DNA from: Ylistrum balloti
Taxonomy: Eukaryota
Direction: 5' to 3'
DNA length: 64,000 bases
Assembly (NCBI RefSeq): GCF_031769215.1
Contig: NW_026782091.1
Coordinates: forward strand, 186,001-250,000
Below are positions 51,314 to 62,948 of the stretch, one piece after another. Position 1 is the stretch's first letter. Every line of letters begins with the position of its first letter. A program made the position numbers and the translations under genes. A model generated the notes under the pieces. The model was not told the DNA's origin, made no database searches, and was given only the letters and a program-made list of their open reading frames with translations.

Positions 51314-52332
51314 GTTTCACATATCACCTGACATTCTGTAGATGATTTGAACTATGTATGTTTCACATATCACCTGACATTCTATAGATGACTCTAACAG
51401 TGCCTGTTTCACATATCACCTGACATTCTGTAGATGACTCCAGCAGTGCCTGTTTCACATATCACCTGACATTCTGGAGATAACACTAACAGTGCCTGTT
51501 TCACATATCACCTGACATTCTGTAGATGATTTGAACTATGTATGTTTCACATATCACCTGACATTCTGTAGATGACTCCAGCAGTGCCTGTTTCATATAT
51601 CACCTGATATTCTGTAGATGATTCTAACAGTGCCTGTTTCACATATCACCTGACATTCTGTAGATGACTCTAACAGTGCCTGTTTCACATATCACCTGAC
51701 ATTCTGGAGATAACACTAACAGTGCCTGTTTCACATATCACCTGACATTCTGTAGATGACTCCAGCAGTGCTTGTTTCACATATCACCTGACATTCTGTA
51801 GATGACTCCAGCAGTGCCTGTTTCACATATCACCTGACATTCTGTAGATGACTCCAGCAGTGCCTGTTTCACATATCACCTGACATTCTGTAGATAACAC
51901 TAACAGTGTATGTTTCACATATCACCTGACATTTTGTAGATGACTCCAGCAGTGCCTGTTTCACATATCACCTGACATTCTGGAGATAACACTTACAGTG
52001 CCTGTTTCATATATCACCTGATATTCTGTAGATGATTCTAACAGTGCCTGTTTCACATATCACCTGACATTCTGTAGATGACTCTAACAGTGCCTGTTTC
52101 ACATATCACCTGACATTCTGGAGATAACACTAACAGTGCCTGTTTCACATATCACCTGACATTCTGTAGATGACTCCAGCAGTGCCTGTTTCACATATCA
52201 CCTGACATTCTGTAGATGACTCTAACAGTGCCTGTTTCACATATCACCTGACATTCTGTAGATAATTTGAACTATGTATGTTTCACATATCACCTGACAT
52301 TCTGTAGATAATTTGAACTATATATGTTTCAC
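51314..52332. repeat. Minisatellite, 46-bp unit, 22 copies, mosaic of four variant types
   Basis: Constant half GTTTCACATATCACCTGACATTCTG; variable half is TAGATGACTCCAGCAGTGCC, TAGATGACTCTAACAGTGCC, GAGATAACACTAACAGTGCC or TAGATGATTTGAACTATGTA. Period 46 confirmed (51361 to 51407). Confidence 0.97.
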
Positions 52333-52700
52333 ATGTCATGTAGGATTTTACCATTTTTACTGTATTTATCTTGCAATAAGCCACTGGTATCAACACATTA
52401 CCTATTACTCAAAGCCAAAGACTGGGCTTATTACAGGACACAAAGATAGCGATGGTTGATAGTTCTACTGAGTAACATGTTACATTAGTGACAGGGGCTT
52501 ATTATAAGGCAAGGATATAATATTTATTGGTAATTTTACTGAAAGTCATTAACTGTAGACAAGTTTATTGGCAGGCATGTGGTTATTTTCAGATAAATAC
52601 TGTAAATTGTTACTAAATGTTGATGAAAGACTACTCTATACAGAAATAGATATAACAATTGTATATTACAGAATGAGATCAAATCTTTTTTTAATTTCAG

Positions 52701-52964
52701 GTTTACAAATAAAGTGGACAGCAGAGGGGCTAAAAATGATTGATGTACGACAGAGTCCAGACACAGTAGATCGAGGTCTGGGTAGTGAGCCCTCACTGCC
52801 CAGTCCCCACAGCAGTGAAGGTGACCCCCACACAAATGTCTCCACAACCACCACCAACAAGTCTCCGCCACTGCCACACTTGGAGCTTTCCCACCATCAT
52901 CATCACCCCTCTTTAGAGACTTCGTCACTCTTAGCCATGTCTAGTCAGGAGCCAACATCTTCAG
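52701..52964 (+). CDS. Internal coding exon (264 nt, phase 1-1) of the same gene: (G)LQIKWTAEGLKMIDVRQSPDTVDRGLGSEPSLPSPHSSEGDPHTNVSTTTTNKSPPLPHLELSHHHHHPSLETSSLLAMSSQEPTSS
   Basis: Acceptor TCTTTTTTTAATTTCAG, donor TCAG|GTATAT, open frame, length a multiple of 3. GC content is markedly higher than the flanks. Joins exon 41038-41214 in frame (G+GT = Gly). Confidence 0.85.
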
Positions 52965-53590
52965 GTATATATGATAAGACATAATTTCTGTATTTAAGCT
53001 TCAACAGCTCCCCTCCTCATCTTCCCTCCACCACATCACCCTTTTAAAGACACTTAAGTACCCTTGACTATGTACTGTTTAGAGACCACACCTTCAAGCA
53101 GCCCCAAAATTTATTCTATCCCCATACATATATTCTTAGTTCAAGTGACCTTTCATATGTCACAGATGTAAAATAAAGATGAAATTATAAAGTGTGTGGT
53201 CAATGAGTGGGTGTAAGATTTGTTTTTCTTTTATGAAATGATATGTATATATTGCTTGTCTGACCTCCCCTTCCACCTCCACAATACAAGTGTTGTACCC
53301 TGATTAAGTATGTCTCTGTCAAATATTTCCTCCTGCAATACTGTTTGACTAATAGCACACTTGAATTAAAATTTTGTGTTCATCATACTCATCAAACAAT
53401 TTGTGCATGCATGGCAGCAGTGTCCATTATGATGATATTGAGATTTTTGTTGTCACTGGTAGACATAGCGACTCAGCTGTTCCCATGAAAAGAATATCTC
53501 ATCCAGTACTTGTTTTAACGTTTAAAAATTTTTCTGCAGACTCGGTGTTTTCAAAAGTTCAGAACCAATTTTGATAAAACTTTGAAGATA

Positions 53591-53792
53591 CAGTTGAAAC
53601 TTTTTGTCTCGAAAATCTCTTGAGTCTAATTTCCATTTGAGTTGAAATAATTTTCAAGGCTCAATTTTTTGTCATCTTCATCACATCGGTCATTTTAGTT
53701 CAGATGACTTGAATTTCATTGAGTCAAAATTTTTTTCGAGTCAAAATTATTTTTCAGTCCCTTTCATTGTAAAGCAAGAGAAAAGTTAATTG
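53591..53792. mobile_element. Old pogo/Tigger-like MITE
   Basis: TA|CAGTTGAAACTTTTTGTCTCGAA ... AGCAAGAGAAAAGTTAATTG|TA: degenerate CAGT-type TIRs with TA at both ends. Confidence 0.45.
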
Positions 53793-54925
53793 TATTGAAA
53801 GTAATTTTGTCAAGACATCGGCTGAAGAATTCAGTAGATACATACACAGGGGCCAAAATCTGTTTTATTTTGCCCTTTCCAGCCTACCATTCCTTTATTA
53901 GATTGGCACTTTATCATGTTAATATATATAACTTTATGGATTTCACATTTTTTCTGATGATCAATGGCTCTTGATCTTAATTAATTTATTAGTACACTTT
54001 TTTTTTTTAAAAAGATATGCCTCATTTAAATTTAAATATTGCATATATTTAAATGGAATTTTATACATTTCATACCTGTCTTGGGTATTTGTGCATGATT
54101 AAAGGGGTAATATCTCGCCCTGGATCAGAAACATTGATGTTTTTTCTTATCCCTAGCAAACTTCAGAATGTTAATTTATGTATAACTGTTAAGGTTTAAG
54201 TTAAGAAATGTCATAGCATTATCTAGCTTGATATTTGTATTTAAAACATTCTAAAACTTTTATTATCAATTTTGCAGTTATTGCTATTTTGCTTGTCTTT
54301 CTGTGTAAACTGTGACCTTTCATATCATATGTCTCCTTGGAGTTAAAAGATATAACTCTCTATTCCAAACTCAGGTAATCCAGGAATATTCTATTTCCTC
54401 AATTAATGCAGTGAAGAGTGATTTTTATCAGTTTTGCATGTCCAGCAAGTTTTGGCAATATTTTTTTCACTTTTAGAACAGATGCTTTCTTAATAACAAT
54501 GAGGAGGTAATCTTGTAAGACATTGGTGTTTTGGGCCTGTTTGATGGTAGATGGTTGGGTGGCAATGATAACCATTGTTTTCAGTTTCATCTGATGTAGC
54601 AGCCCTCAATATATCACAGTCTGATGTTTTTATCCCGGAATACCAGTAAAGGACTTCTCCATCAGTTCATAGCTATAGTTAAGGTTTACCTAGCCTCATT
54701 ACAGGAAACTTAATTATTGTGTGTTTGAGTGCATGTGTACTGCTTTCCCCAAATGATTGTAGAATTGATTCAGATTAAAGTGGATAGTTGATGTCTGAGC
54801 ACTGTTTAGTTCTCCAAAAGTACATTTACATCGTTAACCTATATTGTCCAGGAAATGTTTTTTCTCATTATCTTTAAAAAAATATAAAGGATAAAAAAAA
54901 GAAAAAAAAAAGAAAAATATATGAA

Positions 54926-54957
54926 GGGGGGGTGGAGGGAGGGAGAGGGAGGGGGGG
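54926..54957 (+). other. G-quadruplex-forming sequence; a second one lies at 62048-62081
   Basis: G7-TGGA-GGG-A-GGG-AGA-GGG-A-G7 meets the four-G3-run pattern. Confidence 0.5.
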
Positions 54958-55478
54958 ACCTGACATGCACATATGAAGCTTTTATTAAATGAATACACAT
55001 GCTGCTTTGGTGATTTTAGAAAGATACTAAGAACTAACCTCCCAAATCGTTTAGAATTAATAAGTTAAGTAGAAAAGATTAGTGTAAATACTTGTTTTAA
55101 TATGATCAGTATACATAGAGGGAGTTATATTGCTAGTGTAGGATAGATTTCAAAGACTGACAGTTGTGATTGTTTTTATACCATGTGGGTAATACAATCA
55201 ACATTTCCATAGAAACTCAATCATATAGTCATCACAATAGATCTGGAGTGATGATTAATGTCTTTATGTTGTAGGATTCCGCATCATTAGTATGTAAAAT
55301 GAATCTGGTGATGGGAAAAACATACCCTGGTTTGCATCATCGTGATTTTTCTTCTTATTTTGAAAGAAAGAAACTAAACAAAAAAATAAACAAACAAATG
55401 AAAATAAATATATGAATAAAAAAAAAGAAAATGAATTTTAGCAAAAGTGTAACCAACAAAAAGTTTATAAATAACGTA

Positions 55479-56398
55479 CCTTATTTGTCAGATTATTAGC
55501 CGCACCTTTTCCCTCGTGAGTCGGGCGTGCGGTTTATATACTTATGCGGCTGATATGTGGAAGAAAAAAGAATTGGCAGGATGAAAAAAAACAGGAAGTG
55601 TACCAATATGAGATGGTACTGAGTATTTTTTACACGAACCTGTACATAACGTGTTTGTGACTGAAATAGATCATCTAGAGCCGTCATTTGCAATCCTTTA
55701 ACGGATGATTTGAAGATTGAGATGAAAATTACATTCTTATGGGTTTGATTAATGATACCTGTTCATATGAATCACAATAATATCTTCTAGACTTCTGCGG
55801 TTATTTTGAAGCCATAGTGGGAGTTTACAATAGCCTGTTGCATCCTGGGATCATTAGGTCATTGGGTTAAAGGTCAAATTCTAGAATGACAGCCAGTTTT
55901 GTAACTTACAAGAAGAAATAATATGGGACTGAAAGAATTTGGTCAGCATACAAGGGCCATCTTTCATATTTTACAATAAATACACTGATGGAGAGATTCT
56001 GTTGTAAACCGTACATAGTGTCAGGCCCTATATCTGTGCGTAGACAATCTGTGAAGGTACCCAAGCCAAATGAGTTTGATATCTTCTATTTTACATTTTT
56101 TGAAATAGATCAATAAAACAAATGATGAAATGTGTATAATTCATTCGCTTGATAATAATAATAATAATAATAAAACTTTATTACAATGATCACATCGATA
56201 AAATATCTTACAGCAAATAAATTGCCCTCTGTGGTCAGTTATATCAACATCCTATGGTCAACCTAACAGATACCACATTGTAAGAAAGGATGCGGCTTAT
56301 ATTCCAGTGTTCCTTTATATGTGGATAAAATCGAAAAATTCGGCAAAAAGTGGCTCAGCCGCTTATATACTGGTGCGACTTCTAACCCAGAAATACAG
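55479..56398. mobile_element. Non-autonomous Tc1/mariner (Tc2-like) element, about 920 bp, TA TSD
   Basis: TA|CCTTATTTGTCAGATTATTAGCCGCACC ... GGTGCGACTTCTAACCCAGAAATACAG|TA. Subterminal GCGG(C/T)TTATA repeats occur at both ends. Interior holds an (ATA)n tract and a HINE-like fragment. Confidence 0.7.
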
Positions 56399-57148
56399 TA
56401 CTTTTTTCACAAACATTTTAATACTTTAAGCAGATCAGTGCTTTATGTGATATTAGAATTAAGAATTTACACATTGAATGATATTTACTTTCTTTATTAT
56501 GAAAACTTTGACATTCTGTTGTGATAAATATCTGATAGAAATATTTTTCTAGAAATGGATGTTTAGATCAAAGGTACAATATGCTACCAATTAGACACTG
56601 ATTTTTGCACAAATTTTAAGTTTGAAGTACAGTGGCAAAGGTCTTTGTTTCTATGATAGAAAATAGGGCTTTGCACAATATTCTAATACATTGCTTCCCT
56701 TTGTGAAAAAAATTGCTTGTGGATGATGTTGAAGCTCCAAGGTCAAGGTCATTGATTTGCATGAAACAAATTCTTATCGTCTTTAAAGTTCATATGATGA
56801 CAAAAGTGATTGTTTGTGAGTAGTATTTCTTCAACAATTAAAACAAAAATGTTTCTGACTTGTCCATGGGATGTTACAATGCTAGAAGTTTGTTCTAAGG
56901 TCCATTGGTATATGTCAATTTATCAAGGAAATGGAAGCCCAGTTGACATTTTCTTCATTGGACTAAAGACATACAGTTTATAGAACTCATATATATATGA
57001 TGACAAATATGTGTATTTATCATCCTAAAAAGGTTTCCAACATTTTACAGAATCTTGTTTATTTCTCATATATCTAATCCTTCCCTCCCTGGTCATATCC
57101 AAACAAAGCCAATACATGATACAAAAGAGACAATAATTTCTGTTTCAG

Positions 57149-57221
57149 AACGCAAGACTCCAACCCCTTATCTCCTCAGCATCCAAAGAGAATGCCTTAA
57201 AAGTTTCTCGTCATGTTCAGA
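57149..57221 (+). CDS. Possible further exon; the phase-1 reading gives (E)RKTPTPYLLSIQRECLKSFSSCS and either splices at 57222 or stops at 57223-57225
   Basis: Acceptor ATTTCTGTTTCAG, C-rich composition, candidate donor AGA|GTAACT. Reading frame not secure. Confidence 0.3.
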
Positions 57222-58899
57222 GTAACTTCCCTCCACACCCCTGACACAGCCCCTCCAATCCCATAACCAAGGTCAAAATAACTCAACCCAACCCCATTCC
57301 CCTTAATTTCCCAAGTGACAATAATGTCTGAACACTGCCTCATCCTCAGACTTTCTGAAAGAAAAGGAAAATAGCTATTATTATCATTATTATTATTAGT
57401 TTTTTGCAGGAAGGTGAAGGGAAGAAATTTCCTTAGCCCCTTCCCCGTCTCCTGCACCCAGAACAGCTATAATTTAGCCCTGACTTTAAGGCCCTTGCAT
57501 CCAAAGCGACAATATAAGATCTATAGATGTAGTAACATTCATATAAAAAAGACATGTGATGTTGCGGTTTAATCAATCAGCAGGGCTATAGGGATATTGT
57601 GTCTAGACACAAGGAAAACCTCAATATTCCATTTCATGACATATTCGTAAAACAACATTATAAATATCAGTTCATCCGTCACCGGCTTTAGATTGTCCCT
57701 TATGCGGCAAAATATCACACATTTATGAGGTATTGCTTTTTTAGTTAGATTTAACATTATGTTTTGTTAAAAATGTAGCTTTAAGGAGATTCTGTAGACA
57801 TCTGTGTTTGTTTATAATAATTTTACCAGTTGCATAATATCTTTGGTGCAGAAATTGTTCGGAAATATCTGATTAACAAATTTGTTTAATGATAAATAGA
57901 GCTGATAGATTGATTAATAATATACGAGACTCCACAGGGAAACAACAATAGTGTTTGTGTATTACTTGATATATATGTGGGTGTTTATCTGAAGATTGAT
58001 ATAAGTTTGTACACAAAAGCTTTGTAGGATTATGGTAAATCTGATTGGCTTAAATCAAACAGTCAGATATTCTAAAATATATACCGGCTGTGTAGTGAAC
58101 ATGAATAGATCAAGTATTAATGTGCCTGCCTATGAAAAAAAATGATGTACTATTATCTGTTTATAGGTCACATGAACTTGAGGAAAGTGATTAAGGTGTC
58201 TAGGTGTACTTTTAAAGTACAGGCGACACCGGGGTATATCTCGCACGCTAAATTACACTGTAATGTTGTTGGTTTGTTGGAAAAAATCGGGTAAATAATC
58301 TCTTTAAGCCATGCTAGGCATGCATATTGGTGCTTTTTATCTCTGTGAAAAAAAAAAAGATGAAAAACCAGATTTCATCTAACGGTGATGATAGTCTGGT
58401 GAAGCAACTTCAACATGCATCAATCAACTGTAATTGTCTTCCTTTTATAGCACTTTCATTATCATTGCAGTGGGCGCTGACTTGTGTTTTTATTGGATGA
58501 GACAACTGCGATTAGCCAATCAAATGATAGATGTATATGTATAGTAAAACGCTGTCATGTGCACTTCCTTAATATGAACGATTACCCAGAAATATCAGAG
58601 TTATTGTTGTGTAACTTGAAACACAAATACATGACTACATAATATTCATTTGTTATTTAATACCTGTATACAGGAGATCTCTTTTGTCTAGGTTTTTTGT
58701 GGTGGCACTGCCGATGACTGGTGTTAAGGTAACGCCCGCAGAAATATGAACTCTTGCAGAGAAAGACTTAATGTATATGCACTGCCACTTTTTATCTAGA
58801 AGCCTAATGTTGTTGGCAGTGCAGTCTTTGCAGAATAATTTGCAAAAAGTATTATTTTTGCTGTCATTAATTCAGGTTTTGCAAATGCTTCTTTGTAAA

Positions 58900-59635
58900 T
58901 TGTTTTTTTGCCCAGTTAATCATTTTGTGAATAGCCGGGTTCATTTTGAGGCAGGGTTCTCTTGTAGTATCTGGTGACTGCCTTTCTGAACATGATGCAA
59001 ATGACCCACCTCATACTATTCAGAGCAGTTTGGGTCAGTAATTTTACCAAGGTATTTTACAATGCCAGCATAGGACAGACACCCCATGATCTCAGCTGAG
59101 AAACACAAACTGTCCTGTGTAGGGATCAAACCACACACCTCAGATCTTCACCTGAGAAACACAAACTGTCCTGTGTAGGGATCAAACCACACACCTCAGA
59201 TCTTCACCTGAGAAACACAAACTGTCCTGTGTAGGGATCAAACCACACACCTCAGATCTTCACCTGAGAAACACAAACTGTCCTGTGTGGGGATCAAACC
59301 ACACACCTCAGATCTTCACCTGAGAAACACAAACTGTCCTGTGTGGGGATCAAACCACACACCTCAGATCTTCACCTGAGAAACACAAACTGTCCTGTGT
59401 AGGGATCAAACCACACACCTCAGATCTTCACCTGAGAAACAAAAACTGTCCTGTGTAGGGATCAAACCACACACTCAGATTTTCACCTGAGAAACACAAA
59501 GTGTCCTGTGTAGGGATCAAACCACACACTCAGATCTTTACCTGAGAAACACAAAGTGTCCTGTGTAGGGATCAAACCACACACTCAGATCTTCACTTGA
59601 GGTTGTAGCCCAATGCTTGATTTAGCCATCAATGC
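58900..59635 (-). mobile_element. tRNA-SINE expanded by a ninefold internal tandem amplification
   Basis: Body 58920-59095 aligns with the SINEs at 25683 and 60550. On the minus strand, an A-box-like TGGCTAAATCAAG lies near 59630-59618 and is followed by nine GGTTTGATCCC B-box-like motifs. Confidence 0.75.
59096..59597. repeat. Minisatellite, 55-56-bp unit, 9 copies, within the SINE
   Basis: Unit CTGAGAAACACAAACTGTCCTGTGTAGGGATCAAACCACACACCTCAGATCTTCAC; nine GGGATCAAACC counted between 59121 and 59580. Confidence 0.97.
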
Positions 59636-60549
59636 TCCTTTTCATACAATTTATTCTGAAGACTTTATCAATTGGAAGGATCATAATTAATTATAATTGG
59701 TTAATTGATGTTTGATTATCATCTGCCAAGATCAAGTAATACTGAACGAAATAAACGTTTCGCTGAAGTAAGTTAGGGCTACAGATGTTATAAATGGAGG
59801 CTACTTATGCAGACCAGGAAAGCTGCAAATTTGCATCTAATTTGCATGAGTTTACGGAATACCTTATTTGCAAAGGTAGTTTGGTGTGTGTAGTCAGTGC
59901 TGACTTGGTTTGTCAATAAGCAAATCGGCTGATGTGTTTCTTCTCAAATCATCTCACATATTATATAACCTGTGTCATCTTTTCACTTTATCAAAATAGC
60001 TTTAACTCTAAAAGTTTCTTTCTGCATCCAGTTACAAGAACAAGGGCAGTTTAAAGGTTCAAAGCGAATGTAAGGCATCAATTAATTGATTTTAATGTAC
60101 TGTACAGAACGGAATCACATCCAGACAAGTAAACCTCACTCACCTCCTCTAACCAAATCTTCCATAAACCAGCCCAATGTTCATGTCCAATGCATGGCCA
60201 TTTTGGAGAAGTTCTGCTGTATCCAAAAACATGTTATTTGTTTTCACCTCTGTAACTAATGGTTAAGTGAGTGGTACAAAATGCTCTTATCTGGTTCGTA
60301 ACAGTCCCAAACAGACTTTGTTCTCTTCATGTAAATTTGTAAAGTTGGCAGAATGGATTTGATCGTACCTACTTTGTGTCTTGGCTAAGGGCATACAGAT
60401 ATCGTGAAGCGTTTGAATATTTACTTGCTTCTGTGTGAATGATGCTACCAAGTCTGAGTGACAGATGATATCAGTTGGTCTTTGGAATAATTGTGACTCA
60501 AAATGATATGAAATGCAGTTCAGTGTAAATCAAAGATTTTAAGTATTCT

Positions 60550-60850
60550 GTTACATCATTGGCTGTTTGTTGGTTTATCGCCTGCCCTAACAAGAGCCAG
60601 CGTCAATTTGGGACTCCTTGTGGTAGTGGTAGCTAAATCACAATAAACCCAGTCCACGAGAGACCAGTCGCATGCCGCCAGACCAATCAGGGTTAAATAT
60701 CTTTGCCGAAAGACACGAACAAGACAACACAAAACTGGTTTGTCTCTCAACTTTGTGATAGATACAGACTTCAAAAGAAGCATCCAACCACATTCATTGA
60801 AACTCCACCAGTGGTTGTATAGACCAATGCTCTATAAACTGAGCTACTGA
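60550..60850 (-). mobile_element. tRNA-derived SINE (third copy of the family)
   Basis: Minus-strand head TAGCTCAGTTTATAGAGCATTGG (tRNA D-arm/A-box-like, 60846-60824); CAGGGTTAAATATCTTTGCCGAAAGACAC CORE-like segment; body similar to the 25683 and 58900 copies. Confidence 0.65.
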
Positions 60851-61643
60851 ATTTACAGTTGTTTCTGTTTCTATGCTGCCTCTGTGGTATATAGTGCTGG
60901 TGCGAAACTGTAATCTGTGATGTAACATATTTATTTTGATATTAAATATTCAAAATTGTGATAAACACACCAATAATTTTTTATGATATATTATATCATA
61001 ATGTCATCCTGTAACGTTCAGATTGTGATTAAAAATTGTCGTATTGAATGCGTAATACCAAATGTGTGAATATTTGATATGATACATTTGCCTTATAGCC
61101 TTAAAATTCTGGAAAAAATCAGAATACATTTTTTTTTTTTTTGTACATTGGATTATATCATGTGTATAAATCAGCTTGTTGATATCAGAAAGCAATGTTA
61201 AATTTCTAAACTAATCCCTGGTAAATTTTATCGTTGATCATTTTAAGCAATCTTATGTCATGCACCAGTGAAGGCAAGAAGGGATATTTAGGCATCACTC
61301 AATAGGCATCAATATCATAATCATTTCTTTGTGAAAATTACTGCACAAGAATGGCAGTGTGCTTGAAAGCCAGTCCATATCCTATGTGTTTTTGTTACAA
61401 ATCACAGACGTGAGACCTGTAGAATCTGGAAACATTGTGTACAGTGACAAATGGCGAATTTTGAGACGAGATATTTCTTCAATGGCTTGAAATGACAACG
61501 TTGTAAACACATTTAGCTAGACGATAGTTGTCAGTTTCAGGAAAAGTTATCCCAGTGTGGTTTACCCACACATTTTAAAACATGACACAAACACCGTCTT
61601 TGTTTTGTTGGTTTTTTCCTTTTTCTTGAGTTTGTGTTAAACG

Positions 61644-61995
61644 TCTCACAAATTGAATATTGAAATTGGGAGGTATAATGATACAGAAAGGAATGATAGG
61701 ATCTGCACTTTATGTAACGGTGGTGACTTACAAGATGATTATCATAGTTAAATGTGAAAGATATGTAAATTTAAGGAAATTTCTCATTAAGAAATATTAT
61801 TGTAATATACCCATTATGTTTAGATTTATCCAACTTTTGAAATCTGAACTGGAAAGAATGATCAAATTTATCAAAATATATCACAATGAGTAAATTGAAT
61901 ACCCTCAACACTATGCTAATTGATGGTGTGTTTGTGTTGGATGAGAAAGTTTGTGTATTATTGTAATAATGATTGTAAGGTAATAAAGAATTTGA
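61644..61995 (+). mobile_element. 5'-truncated CR1-group LINE: ORF2 C-terminus plus 3' UTR
   Basis: Reads SHKLNIEIGRYNDTERNDRICTLCNGGDLQDD, frameshift, then KCERYVNLRKFLIKKYYCNIPIMFRFIQLLKS. This fits the IExGR...RxCxxC...ExH...C C-terminal zinc-knuckle region of CR1-type ORF2. Confidence 0.8.
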
Positions 61996-62927
61996 TAAAA
62001 TTGTTAATCTGGAAGAAGAACAAAGTTAATTTATTTCCAATTTTGAAGGGGAGGGGGAGTGGAAAAGGGAGGGTGGTGGGGTCTTAATTGCAAGCAACAA
62101 CCTACCCACCATTCCTGTTCCCTGTAGATATACAGAAGTCATTATGTGGTCATTTTGATACCTGGTAATAGTTTTCGCTGGATTTGATATTTATTAAAAT
62201 AGCCAGTAGCCATCTTGATTTTTAAGCATGGGATTGTCCATCCATTTCAACAGTTGCCATTAAAATCATAAAGGTATTACTTTAATTATATGAAAACTTT
62301 TACAAAATACGTCTAGTGTCAGTTATATGTTCTAGATCAGGGTTGTTTTAATTTAGTATAGCTTTCAGGGACCATATAGTATTTTTGTATCCTAAATACT
62401 TCAGGTCTAAAGTTTGTTATGAGTGCTTCTCAGGGTCTAGAATGACCTAGGGTTTGAAGTTGATAAATTAAATACAGATGTCAAACTCATGTTGCATGTC
62501 TCTTAATAGTGATTGTTAAATAAAAACTTTGTTGAAGTTATTGCATATGTCAAAAATTGAGAACTATGTTTGTAATTTCCGTCCATTGTTACATGCTGTG
62601 ATCAACACGTCCACTTAAATGGAACCATTGTTTTCTTCCTCTTTTTTTTCCCCTCTCAATGGTATGTCTTTGTGAGAAATGTGTCTGATGATAATGCACT
62701 TGACCTTTGACCTATTAAAATTTGATTGCTTCAGCGCATGTAGGGAATTAGTGTTTAAAGCCTGGCTGTGTCATTAAGTTCAGTGTAATTAACTGTTCAG
62801 TAACAGATTGTGTATGTCACCTTAATTAGGAGGAAGTAAAAATCAGACTTAGGTCATGACCTTTGTCCTTGCATGTAATTGTTGTTGTGTTATTTTTTGT
62901 GTACTTTACTATCAGGTGCTTATATAT

Positions 62928-62948
62928 AAGTATATATATATATATATA
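62928..62948. repeat. (TA)n microsatellite
   Basis: TATATATATATATATATAT run. Confidence 0.85.

Noticed and set aside
52536-52928. Minus-strand 130-aa and 64-aa ORFs
   Set aside because: Antisense shadows of the GC-rich + strand exon, which has the proper splice sites.
11893-59597. Tandem arrays as CRISPR arrays
   Set aside because: Units are head-to-tail with no unique spacers, there are no cas genes, and the context is eukaryotic (spliced exons, SINEs, LINEs).
60401-60424. TCGTGAAGCGTT...ATATTTT resembling the U6 snRNA 3' end
   Set aside because: Only a 12-nt exact match, which is likely by chance in 64 kb; the ACAGAGA box and 5' stem are absent.
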